From Tubiluchus corallicola (lineage: Eukaryota > Animalia > Priapulida), in NCBI GenBank assembly GCA_030141605.1, contig JAQGDQ010001738.1:1-27298 (forward strand): DNA of 27,298 bases. The letters run 5' to 3'. Below are positions 9,098 through 20,112 of this stretch, in pieces. Made by a program: the position numbers and the translations under genes. Each line of letters starts with the position of its first letter. The stretch's first letter is position 1. Below the pieces are notes generated by a model, which made no database searches, was not told where the DNA came from, and saw only the letters and a list, made by a program, of their open reading frames with translations.

Positions 9098-10566
9098 CAG
9101 GGATGAGAATTTTCCACGGAATTCCGAGTTTTTGGAAGACCAGTAGTGCCATTTTTGTAAATCGCGTAAATTCGTTGAGAAAATTTTTACGGACCCAGTA
9201 CCTTATTTCACAAGCTCACCGCTAGTTGGCAGGCCGTCACTTTGTTTACATCAGGTACATCAGTGTAACCACGTGTATATCTGTATGTATAAAAATATAG
9301 AATCAATTGTGCGGAGTTATTTGAGTCAATTGCAGACAGTTTTTATATACTTTTCCATAGGAGCGGCCAGTACTTAGGTGTTTTTGAGTCAATTAGGTAT
9401 CATGTATCCTTGATAGTTGGGTATTTTAAATTATGCATGAAACAAGGTAACTGATATTTTAAGTCCACTTAGAGGCTCTCTATGGTCACAAAATTGCAAT
9501 TTGTTGCTGGCTCCAAGCGGGTTTCGCACCCCTTTAACCCCCATGGGGGAGGCCTACACGGCCCCCAAACCTCCGGCCGGTTTCAGAGTTTTCTGCAATT
9601 TGTCATTGTGAGGTGTGTGTTGCTAATTTTGATAGTAAATGGCTTGCTTGGCTTACATTACTGTATATGTTTTTTCATTTCATCATCTCCTCACCCCTGA
9701 CTCTTAAAATGGTATGTACTTACCTGTTGGAGTGCTTCGTTTGCTTATGCAGAAAAAGCAACACCTGTTCTGGACAGTTGAGTTGATACTTTTCACTGGT
9801 AAAGGTGTTCGTTGTTGGTCTGACCAGTGGGCATGCTCCAGCATACCTGTAGTTAACGTATTCGTCTGGAAAGGCTGGTACACGATCTGTGATGTAACTT
9901 CTTTACCATGGAGAGCTGAGCTAAGTGTTGTTTTGGCAAAAAAAGACAGTGTTCCTGTTGCATAGCCTGTCTTTCTCAGTCTCGTTGCTGTTACATGGTT
10001 TGAAGAGCTGGTCAAGCCACAGAAGTGTGATGTTATTCCACTCCAGTCAGCTGTTGGTACGTTCGTGTCGTAGACTACAAGAGGGTTGCTGGAAGCTGTT
10101 GATTAGCTGTCGTCATCTGCATTGTTATGGCTCACGGAGGATTGTCATGTTGCCGGCGTCAGCGTTGTCATTGTGGGACGATCGTCAAGTTGTGCACAAC
10201 ATCGCCATGAACATTCAGATAAGTTATGCGCACTCATTTTCCTATCCTCTTCTTTCCTTGGGGGTTTTCACAGCAAGCCACTAATAGTAATTTTGAGCTC
10301 TTATTGTCGACTTGTTGTTGTACTCTTCTTTTGTAATAATTACAGCTTTAAAATTTATGTTTCATCTTGTTTTGTTTTTAACTAAATAGCCTTAAAAAAC
10401 AGCAGACGAACCCGTAAAATATTACGGGTTCGTCTGCTGTTTTTTATAGTATATTTTCCTGATCATTTTATAAAAATTAGGAATACAATAGCCCTCAAAA
10501 CGTTAAAATGGTGGCAGCAGTTGTTTTGTTTTTAACCAGGTGGCACTACAGTCATTCTCATCCCTG
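9098..10566. mobile_element. hAT-like non-autonomous element with 6-bp TSD
   Basis: Perfect 13-bp TIR CAGGGATGAGAAT...ATTCTCATCCCTG, flanked by GAGGTT at 9092-9097 and 10567-10572. Confidence 0.8.
10393..10446. repeat. Perfect inverted repeat, 25-bp arms, 4-nt loop
   Basis: TAAAAAACAGCAGACGAACCCGTAA-AATA-TTACGGGTTCGTCTGCTGTTTTTTA. Confidence 0.97.
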
Positions 10567-10826
10567 GAGGTTAGACGTGATAGAACTAGTAATATTTTGC
10601 TAGTGTTAGTGTCTTCCTGCATATGTATTATGTGTGTAAATGGTGCCGTTTTTCAGTCATAATTAAAAAATTGTAGCGTCAGGAACTAATGTTTTCCCAG
10701 TAATGTCACATGTAGTAGTTTGCGCATTTACAGTGCTAAAGGCAAATATGCTTTTGCAATAATTATCTTTGTGTAACAAAATCATTCTTTGTACTTTGTG
10801 CATTAGAGCTGAAACGGTTAACAGTT

Positions 10827-11833
10827 TAACCGTTCGTTAAGTTATGTAACCGTTTGTTAAGTTATGTAACCGTTCGTTAAGTTATGTAACCGTTCGTTAA
10901 GTTATGTAACCGTTCGTTAAGTTATGTAACCGTTCGTTAAGTTATGTAACCGTTCGTTAAGTTATGTAACCGTTCGTTAAGTTATGTAACCGATCGTTAA
11001 GTTATGTAACCGTTCGTTAAGTTATGTAACCGTTCGTTAAGTTATGTAACCGTTCGTTAAGTTATGTAACCGTTCGTTAAGTTATGTAACCGTTCGTTAA
11101 GTTATGTAACCGTTCGTTAAGTTATGTAACCGTTCGTTAAGTTATGTAACCATCGTTAAGTTATGTAACCGTTCGTTAAGTTATGTAACCGTTCGTTAAG
11201 TTATGTAACCGTTCGTTAAGTTATGTAACCGTTCGTTAAGTTATGTAACCGTTCGTTAAGTTATGTAACCGTTCGTTAAGTTATGTAACCGATCGTTAAG
11301 TTATGTAACCGATCGTTAAGTTATGTAACCGATCGTTAAGTTATGTAACCGTTCGTTAAGTTATGTAACCGATCGTTAAGTTATGTAACCGTTCGTTAAG
11401 TTATGTAACCGTTCGTTAAGTTATGTAACCGTTCGTTAAGTTATGTAACCGATCGTTAAGTTATGTAACCGTTCGTTAAGTTATGTAACCGATCGTTAAG
11501 TTATGTAACCGTTCGTTAAGTTATGTAACCGTTCGTTAAGTTATGTAACCGTTCGTTAAGTTATGTAACCGTTCGTTAAGTTATGTAACCGTTCGTTAAG
11601 TTATGTAACCGTTCGTTAAGTTATGTAACCGTTCGTTAAGTTATGTAACCGTTCGTTAAGTTATGTAACCGATCGTTAAGTTATGTAACCGATCGTTAAG
11701 TTATGTAACCGTTCGTTAAGTTATGTAACCGTTCGTTAAGTTATGTAACCGTTCGTTAAGTTATGTAACCGTTCGTTAAGTTATGTAACCGTTCGTTAAG
11801 TTATGTAACCGTTCGTTAAGTTATGTAACCGTT
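10827..11833. repeat. 20-bp satellite (GTTATGTAACCGTTCGTTAA), about 50 highly homogeneous copies
   Basis: Direct periodicity; one recurrent T/A variant (CCGTTCG/CCGATCG). Confidence 0.98.
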
Positions 11834-12224
11834 TAGAAAATCTCTGATTATTTAACCATTACTTAGCCGAGTTTTCTACATATCCATATTAATGAAACTT
11901 TGTTATATATTATGTTAATGTACTATGTTATCAAAGCAAATATAAGAGAAACACAAGCAGCATGAGAACGAATGCCACCATTTGTTTGTTCAAACATTGT
12001 CATCGTTTTTATATTTTGTGTTTTCTTTTTACTTCTTTTCTATTGTTTTCTTTCTACTAACTGCAACATTGTTTATTCTTCTTTATTCTTCTCTTCTCTT
12101 CTCTCGTCTTCATTCTTTATTTCTCATGTCATGGCAGCTTAGCAAGCCACCATGCAGCAAACTTCAACACTTTAATGTAGCACATTTAAGGAGCCAGAAA
12201 TTATTTTATTTATTTTTTTTGTTT

Positions 12225-12227
<3 letters not shown>

Positions 12228-12257
<30 letters not shown>
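12228..12257. repeat. (TA)n microsatellite
   Basis: Direct reading. Confidence 0.95.
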
Positions 12258-12261
<4 letters not shown>

Positions 12262-12345
12262 ATTGTTGTTGTTCGCTTCTTTGCTGGTGAAATAAACTGA
12301 ATTTGAATTTGAAAAGAAAATGAATTTGAATTTGTGAATTTTCAG

Positions 12346-12474
12346 ATGTGGACGAATGTGAAATGGGCATTGCAGACTGTGACATGTACTCCACCGTGTG
12401 TCGTAACGTTGAGGGTGGGTACGAGTGCGACTGTCAGGATGGTTTTGACAGGGTTGATGACACTACGTGCAGAG
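12346..12474 (+). CDS. Exon E5: cbEGF (DVDECEMGIADCDMYSTVCRNVEGGYECDCQDGFDRVDDTTCR)
   Basis: ttttcag acceptor, G|gtaaat donor, 129 nt, phase 1-1. Confidence 0.94.
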
Positions 12475-12569
12475 GTAAATAAAAACAAATGTTTTATTTG
12501 AAACTGATATCAACTGAGACTTATACCTAACTTTTAAGTAGTCCTTTTGCTTGTGTTTTTTTTCTGTTA

Positions 12570-12705
12570 CCAGGCCCAGATCCAAAGGGTGGCTCACCCG
12601 ATAACATTAGTTTTTCGCCGCCATTTTCCCTTTCTATTAGTTGTTTATTTCCGTTTTTTGACCTTGTTATTATGGGAAATAATAAAAAATCTGAATCTGA
12701 ATCTG
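12570..12705 (+). mobile_element. Probable LINE 3' end (AATAAA plus (AATCTG)3 tail)
   Basis: AATAAA at 12681 followed by a hexamer tail typical of CR1/L2-type ends; 5' boundary uncertain. Confidence 0.45.
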
Positions 12706-13077
12706 GAAGAGCCATCTACTGGATTTAAACATAACTTCAATTTGCTCTTGCAAAGTCCATAACAACCCACATTTGTGCGGTTGCTAAGTGTTTTGTAGAA
12801 ACGTGACAAAAAACAATGACTAACTTTAACAGCGATTTTCTCAAGATTATGTTTTTCAGTGTGTAGCCTGCACCTCAACTTCAACGTGGATTATCTCAGC
12901 TTAGAAATAACATAGAGTGATGATCTTGGTATCAAAATGATCCTCATTAAATGGAGATTCAGGATATGTGAATAACTGAAAAGCTTAACCGCCGACGTAC
13001 GGACATTTTTGCTATGCAAGCACACATTTTAAGAGACAAGAGATACTGTACTTACACTGTTATTTATAATATTGCAG

Positions 13078-13206
13078 ATGTGAATGAATGCCTGCTGGGT
13101 ATTGATAACTGTGACCCACTTCGAGCTCACTGTTTTGACATCATGGGCAGCTTCCTCTGCACATGTATCGAGCCATTCTGGACAGGCGATGGGATTCGGT
13201 GTTCAG
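13078..13206 (+). CDS. Exon E6: cbEGF (DVNECLLGIDNCDPLRAHCFDIMGSFLCTCIEPFWTGDGIRCS)
   Basis: ttgcag acceptor, G|gtgcg donor, 129 nt, phase 1-1. Confidence 0.93.
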
Positions 13207-13347
13207 GTGCGTAGCGGCATCCATCGTTTCAATCAATGTTGAACGAGTAATTTGGTCATCTTTGAGGCAGGTGGTTTGCAACTGGTGAAAGACAGGAAAA
13301 GACACAAGAGTTTAAAAAAATCAGCTTGAAAATTACATTGCTTTGAA

Positions 13348-13597
13348 CAGGGTTCCCAATGGGTCAGGAAAAATCCTCTAAAATCCTTGAAAATACAGGC
13401 TATCCTGAAAAGTCAGGGAAAAGATAATTCCGTAAAAAGTCAAGAAAAGTGATGAAAATGGGGCGAAAAGGCAGGGAAATTGGAAAGGGTTGCAAAAATT
13501 ATCACCGACATTTTTCCTAACATATTTTTCAGCGATTCGCTTTCAAATAAAATTTGGCAAGTTCCCGGTTTCGATCTGTGTTCCAAAAAATGATTGG
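13348..13597 (+). mobile_element. hAT-like MITE left part (CAGGGTTCCC terminus, AAAAGTCAGGG subterminal repeats)
   Basis: Aligns with 14768-15016. Confidence 0.6.
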
Positions 13598-13990
13598 AAC
13601 TTCGACTCTGACTCTGGCTCTTAATCTCCGAGTCGGACTCCTAAAATTTCAGGAGCCTTAACTCCCGACTCAAACTCCAACTCCCGCCTTTAAAGTAATA
13701 GTTTGTAGTAGTCTCAATGGTTAGTTACAGTGGCACTTCACCATCACTACTTATGCTCCTCGAAAAACTGTCTAGCTGCATAGACACGAGTACGAAAGCA
13801 TTGCAAAATAGGACATTATCCATAAATGCGTTTTAAAAGTAGCTGGACTTTGAGTTTGTCTATTTTTTTGCCGACTCCTCTAACAATAAGTGAACTCCCA
13901 AGCCCAACTCCGTCTTCAAAACCCTAATTTTAGACAACTCCGACTCCTTTAACAGTAAATTTACTGCCGACTCAGACTCCACTGCCCCGA
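13598..13990. mobile_element. hAT-like fragment rich in CCGACTCC subterminal motifs
   Basis: Repeated (C)GACTC(C) motifs ending in CCGACTCAGACTCCACTGCCCCG. Confidence 0.45.
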
Positions 13991-14473
13991 GTGAGCAGCA
14001 TTGCACCAGGTGCATCATTCCCCAACCTAAATGCACTTGACTTTGCTACTAGTAGAGGATTCGTAGTATGTGATCAAAAACACACTAAGTTCTTTTGCCC
14101 GATAAAAAATCCGACACCTAACTTTTCCAACCGGATAATGTTTTTTTAAGCGGAAACCCCGTGAGTGTCTCACTTGTGAAATAGACTCTATGGCATAAAT
14201 ATGCCAATAGATTCATTTATATTTTACCATAACAAGTCTCTATCGCATAAAATGTATGTGCCAAAAGTGGAAATTTAGTACAGTTGTTGAAATATAATAA
14301 GACGTTAGGCAAATGTAAGTACTTTTTTTGCATAAAACTGTAACAAAATAATATAGGTTTTTAAATGTACATTTTCTTCAGCCGCTAAACTCATTTTTCG
14401 TCTGTAACAAGTTTTGGAAGAATTGTATAATTATCGTAGTTACTCAAGTTTACTGATTACGATTCTTGGTTAG

Positions 14474-14602
14474 ACATTGACGAATGTGAGCTGGGAAGGC
14501 ATACCTGCGATCCGACAACGACGTCTTGCAGGAACCTCGATGGAAGTTTTCTTTGCTCCTGCGACTCTGGTCATAGACGTTTCAACCGTACACACTGTCC
14601 AG
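14474..14602 (+). CDS. Exon E7: cbEGF (DIDECELGRHTCDPTTTSCRNLDGSFLCSCDSGHRRFNRTHCP)
   Basis: ttag acceptor, G|gtaag donor, 129 nt, phase 1-1. Confidence 0.94.
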
Positions 14603-14711
14603 GTAAGCCATTAGATTAGATTAACTCTTTCAGTACCCTTGTTGCGCTTTTACACACTGTCCAGGTAAGCCATTAGATTAGATTAACTTTTTCAGTAACC
14701 TTGGTGGGCTT
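14589..14711 (+). repeat. 2 x 62 bp duplication spanning the E7 donor
   Basis: TACACACTGTCCAG|GTAAGCCATTAGATTAGATTAACT at 14589 and 14651. Confidence 0.92.
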
Positions 14712-14767
14712 ATCAATTAGTTTCCAGTGCAACTTTTGTGCAAAAATGATTGTAATGCTAAATTGCA

Positions 14768-15172
14768 GGTCAGGGAAAATTCTGGAAAATCCTTGAAGAT
14801 ACATACTATCCTGGAAAGTCATGGTAAAGTCAAGGAAAAAGATAATTTAGTAAAAAGTCGGGGAAAATGCTGAAAATGGGGCGAAAAGTCAGGGAAATTG
14901 GAAAGGGTTGCAAAAATAATCACCAAAAACTGATATTTTTCAGCGATTTGTGTTTAAGTCAAATTTTGCTATGGCAGGCTCCCAGTTTTGATTTCTGTTC
15001 CAAAAACAATGATTGGCCGACACATTATATATCAGTATGTGTATGAATGTCCATACACAAAAATGTTTGAATATGTATACTGGAAATTCAATTTCTACTT
15101 ACCTTGGTATTGATCAGGAAAGACTCATGGAACACTTAGGGAAATTTATTTTAAAATTCTGTGCGAAGCCCG
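14768..15172 (+). mobile_element. Second copy of the 13348 hAT-like MITE
   Basis: Shared about 240-bp block (GAAAATGGGGCGAAAAG.CAGGGAAATTGGAAAGGGTTGCAAAAAT); decayed right end near 15160-15172. Confidence 0.6.
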
Positions 15173-15213
15173 TAAATTGGATTGAGAATTTTTTAACGTT
15201 TCGTTGTTCTCAG

Positions 15214-15345
15214 ATGTGGACGAGTGCTCCGACGCGGAAAACTTGCAGTGTGATTTGGATACGACGTACTGTATGAACCACGCCGGAAGTTTCACGTGCG
15301 AATGTTTGGAAGGAATGGACCGTGTCGACGAAGTAACTTGTAGTG
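15214..15345 (+). CDS. Exon E8: cbEGF (DVDECSDAENLQCDLDTTYCMNHAGSFTCECLEGMDRVDEVTCS)
   Basis: ttctcag acceptor, G|gtgagt donor, 132 nt, phase 1-1. Confidence 0.94.
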
Positions 15346-16064
15346 GTGAGTTGAACTTACAACACCAAAGCTCTTTAGTTTAAAGGAAGACAGGATGATT
15401 TTTTTCATATACTACCCATATTCAACTACGGTAAAAAGTATATATTTTAACACAGTTAATACTGCAAAAGCATTTCTAATAATTAAATAATATAGTAAAC
15501 ACTTAATTAGCGGCGGGCCTGCCCAACTAATTGATGACATCACAAACTAACACAATTTTCAACAGCAAAAATATTCCATCAGTGTGTTGCATGTGTTTGC
15601 GAAAACGAAAATTGAAGTACAGTGCTACCGTACGATATTCAGTGTGTTGTACTAAAACTAAGCAAGTTTTAAAACAAAATTTAAATTTCACTGCTGTGCT
15701 CACGCATAAGCTGTTAAACGTGTGCAGTTCATCACAAACTAACAAATCTAAACTGAGAGGTACAGTACCCGTTTTTTGTGCAATTTGTCTCCAAAATGCA
15801 GGCGCTACTGCCCGTCTGAGAAATGGCGAAATGCATGTAACAGCGAAGAACTAGTGGTACGAACCTGAAATTGTGTTTGTGTGGTAATAATTTTTTCACG
15901 TAAATCATTCTTGAAAAAATAGTATGTTTCCTTTCAATATTTCAAAGAATAGATTATTTTGACCTACAGTTTAAGGTTGGACCTGGTTTTGCTTTATCTT
16001 ACAAAGTACCACCTTTAAGTCAACAAATATAATTTAAGCAGTTGCATAGATCGGTTATCCCTAG

Positions 16065-16305
16065 TGGTGTGTTCAAACTAGCGAGTCTTCTGTCACGAGT
16101 TTGCTGGCTAACAAAGTGTGAACTGCTTTGCGAGTTACTGTGGACAAGAACGCCTCGGCGAGTTACTCTCCACATTTTCCGCTGCGAAGAAAAAGTGTCA
16201 AGTCACGCTTACTGTTGGAGAGTAACTCACAGCAAGTTTTGCTGTTTAGTGTGAACACGCTTGCAAGTTACTTGATGAGAAAAACTCGCTAGTCTGAACT
16301 CCCCG
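16065..16305. mobile_element. PIF/Harbinger-like MITE
   Basis: Imperfect TIR GGTGTGTTCAAACTAGCGAGT versus GGGGAGTTCAGACTAGCGAGT, flanks TAG/TAA, internal inverted repeat GAGTTACTCTCC...GGAGAGTAACTC. Confidence 0.65.
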
Positions 16306-16648
16306 TAAAGATTGTTCATCGTGTGCTTTTCGCGGTGTTCCGTTAATCAATTCAAACATTTTACACACCCACTTTTAAACCTACGTCAGTGCTATGTCAG
16401 CTTTGCTTATGTTAATATGCAATTTGACTTAAGAACATGTTACATTCATCCCAAGCAAAATAATAATAATAATTATGTGACCCTTCTTGCAAAGCTGTTC
16501 AGGAACCATATGTGCTCATATTGGTTTTTACATTGTGAACGTGCCTTAACCACGCAGTTTAAACGTAGCAGATAAATCTTCAATAATCCTTTTTTACCTT
16601 GAATGTTCTTGTAACTTGTAACACATTTGAACTTGTTGTTTTCGACAG

Positions 16649-16774
16649 ACATTGATGAGTGCGATGTGGCTGCTCATAATTGCCATGGCGACGCCACCTG
16701 TTCCAATATCGAGGGAAGCTTTCTCTGTGCCTGCTCTCCCGGTTTTGCCGGTGACGGGGTTGAACGGTGTTCTG
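16649..16774 (+). CDS. Exon E9: cbEGF (DIDECDVAAHNCHGDATCSNIEGSFLCACSPGFAGDGVERCS)
   Basis: acag acceptor, G|gtgag donor, 126 nt, phase 1-1. Confidence 0.94.
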
Positions 16775-17459
16775 GTGAGAATTTACAGTTGTTTATGTAC
16801 TGCGGTTGATTTTACTGTCTTCTGCGATGTGAGTTTTTATTGATTTTTTGTGTGCAGTACTAGTAGCATTGATATTTCTTGTTGCACCACGGAGATGGCG
16901 CATCTCATGTATGTATTTCTCATGAAGTTTCTAAATTCATTGATAGTTAAAACACCAGAACTTTATTGTAACTTTTAATTTACACTGCACGGCTTGGGCT
17001 GTAGCAAGCAGGCGATCAGTAAAGTAGCGTGTGCGATCATGCAAGTGTACACCAGACTAAGCTACTCAATAGGCTAAGTTGGAGTGCCCGAAGAGGGCGT
17101 GTTTTTCTTAATTTTGTCCAATTAAATCACTTATAAATGTTTAAACAAATAGCATGATTGGATAGCTGGGATCCTCCTGAACAGAACAGTATCTAATTTG
17201 GAATCATTTAGTTATGTCTGCGCTCATACAGTAGCGGAAAAGTCGTAGGTTTTATGATACCTATTTCGAATTGTGCGGTTCTGAAACAGTAAACTGTGCT
17301 TTTCAGTTATCTGTACAACCATTGTCCAAGGTTGACATGGACAGTCATGGGTAAAGAACTTTGAAATCAGTAACAGCCTTTTGTTTCTAATAAAACCACC
17401 AGTAAAGATTCATCAATAGGACATTGTTATTTCAAAAATGTTTTTAATTTTGCCACTAG

Positions 17460-17588
17460 ATGTCGACGAATGCGAGGAGCCAGATTTGCACTGTGATCTT
17501 CGAACAACGACGTGTGTTAATAGTGTTGGTAGTTTCTCTTGTGAATGTATTAGCGGATTTACCGCTGTCAACAGCATGGCTTGTAGAG
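17460..17588 (+). CDS. Exon E10: cbEGF (DVDECEEPDLHCDLRTTTCVNSVGSFSCECISGFTAVNSMACR)
   Basis: ctag acceptor, G|gtgagt donor, 129 nt, phase 1-1. Confidence 0.93.
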
Positions 17589-18368
17589 GTGAGTTTTAAA
17601 TAACTTTTGTTCTTAAAAATTACAGACTTAAGTAGTTAGTTAAACTATTGTTTTAGATACAGAATTGTTTATTCGTTTACGTGTTTTTCAAATATATTTT
17701 TGCAGTCTTTTATGTACCAAGGTGGGGACATTTTATTAGGCTCACTGTTAATAACATCAGTCGCCTAATTGATTCAAAAACATCTGGCACGGGCTGCTCC
17801 TGTTCAAATGAATGTAAAAACTGTCGGCATTTGACTCTAATAATTCCAAATAATAAGCTTTTTCACAGTTTCATTGTACGCATGCACAGTTGCTGTAGGT
17901 CAAAGGTTAAGTGTACCACAGCAATGCGTCTTAACTACAACCGCCACGTGACGTGTGTGTAAAGCAAAGCCGTCTGCAGGATGAGTTCAGTAACGTCTGT
18001 TGTTTTATGTGAACTTAATTATGCATTAGTCTATGCATTGAGTGATTTACTAGCAGGATCTTGCTAGGAAACAAGAAAAAATGAACTAGGTAATGTTCTA
18101 GCTAGGTGTTAAAACTGTTATTATTACAATAGCTTGGGCTGCGAGGTTTTGTCAAGTGTACACAAATGCATTGTTTGGCGCATTTAACCTTTGACCTTTT
18201 CACGATCACATCAATTGGTGGAATTGCGAAAAGGCTTATTGAGTCAATATTTTTGCTCCATGTATTTAAAATAAGATCCTTGTGTATGGCCAAAGAGCTT
18301 TCACTAATTTAAGGCCACCTCTGCTTCACTTTTGCACGCTATGATGCAACTAACAGCAATTGTCTTAA

Positions 18369-19091
18369 AGGAAAAGTCAGTCCTTGAACAACATTTACTA
18401 CATTTTTGATATATAGTTAAAATTATCGAAATAACCACACAAAATGCTTTCTCAAAAGAAATTTAAGTCAATCTTATCTCCCGCCAAACAAACTGCCGGC
18501 ATACCTGAAAAAAATGATGTAAGCAGGTGACTGTTGGGCAGCGTGAATGCCGTGAAGGCAAGCTGTGATGAAGATATGCATTGTAGAATTTCTACAGTTT
18601 GCTTAGAAGTTCCGTTATTCTAGCGTTGTATTTAACTGTGTTTAAGTAAAAATTACTCATTTGATCAATTACGACCAAGATCGTAGTGGTTACGTAACTT
18701 TAACCTGCACGATTATATCGTAACATGTGACAGTGGTGTACAATTATTGTGTAGATAATTTATTTTACAGATTTTCTTTGACTTTTAGATACGCATGCAA
18801 ACTTGCGAGCATACAGTAGGTGCCGAGCGGGTTACTTAGTTTTCGGAGATCGCTGTATAAGGCAGAAAGGAATGCTGGAATACCTAGCAGAATAAGTGCT
18901 TATATTGCATGGAAACTGGATGACGCCATGTTTCAATCAAAATAAGCGCCCCCAAGTGTGAAGTGATCGCGACTTTAAACTGATTTTACCATTTACACGA
19001 GGCGCTTATCACAGTTTCATTTCTGAAACTTTCTAACATTTTTCTCGAATATTAAAATAAGCTCAACTTGCCGAAAGACTTGGCTTTTGCT
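18369..19091. mobile_element. Uninterrupted Kolobok/T2-like MITE (about 720 bp)
   Basis: TTAA TSD, TIR AGGAAAAGTC-AGTC versus AGCAAAAGCCAAGTC; homologous to 4785-5871. Confidence 0.78.
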
Positions 19092-19501
19092 TTAAGTGCG
19101 ATTGTCATGTGCTAGGCAAACCATTTTTGCTTTGAATCTTTCACCTGCTCATTTGCTGCAATTAACCTCGTTGCCCAAGAATTATGTGAAAGCTAAACTT
19201 TTAATCACATGTCTGACGGTTTCCTTATGAAGCTCTTGCTGCTTTTCACAGAACGTTTAATCAGTAACTGTTGTTGTTATGCCACCAATGCAGCGGCAGT
19301 GATCTGCCAGTTTTTTTTGTGACTTTACAAGTGTAAACATCATAATGCAACTAAGAGCACAAGAGAGTTAATTTCTCGAAAAATAGAGCATAAGCATAAA
19401 GATCTCTGACATTTAAAACTCTTGCAGTTTTTGCAGGACGTAGTAAACTAAAGAATGATGACTCATACTTCCATAGCAGTAATACTACACGCATCAGTTA
19501 A

Positions 19502-19929
19502 CCCTTTCAGTCCCAAATTATTTTTTTAATAAGAAAAAATTTTTGGCCTGGTACTTTTGTTCAGTATGTCCATCTTGTTTACACATAATAATTTTTTTTC
19601 TACCTGTGCCTGTGTGCTAAATATAGCCTGTATCCCACAGGATACATTGGGATTCAATAGAAGCATAAAATGTGCTTCATTTTGCAACTGCTGATAATTT
19701 TTTAAAGTATTTAAGACATTTAGTATGCATGCTATGCTAATCTGTACAAAGTCGTCTCTAAAGTACTGTACATTGCGCAGTTTTTTATACTATGTAGATT
19801 TTCTAGTTTGCCATTTTATCACTATTTTTAGTCTATTGTTATTGGCTTAAATCAAAATAACTATTAACAGATCAAATAACTCTCAGTTTTAAAATTTTAT
19901 TAATTTTAAAGGCAGAAAATATGAAAGGG
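19502..19929. mobile_element. piggyBac-like MITE
   Basis: TTAA|CCCTTTCA...TGAAAGGG|TTAA. Confidence 0.7.
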
Positions 19930-20112
19930 TTAATAGATTTATTCGCTTAATCGGGTCAAAACATTTCCTTCCCAAAATGAGTCTGTTAAGCAGTGATTAC
20001 TGTATTTATGCTATATGTACCACTTTAAGTACTTGTTGTATGTCTATTTGATTCATTTTTTTTCAAGTCAACAGATTTATTTCGCAGTAAACAGATACTT
20101 TACCTTTACCTT

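Noticed and set aside
15380-15937. Possible TTAA-AGG element between E8 and E9
   Set aside because: The right end (GTTTCCTTTCAA) matches poorly and lacks TTAA
18102-18300. Possible hAT C-terminal remnant (SLAIHKDL...) on the minus strand
   Set aside because: Similarity too weak; no ERSFS motif or TIR found
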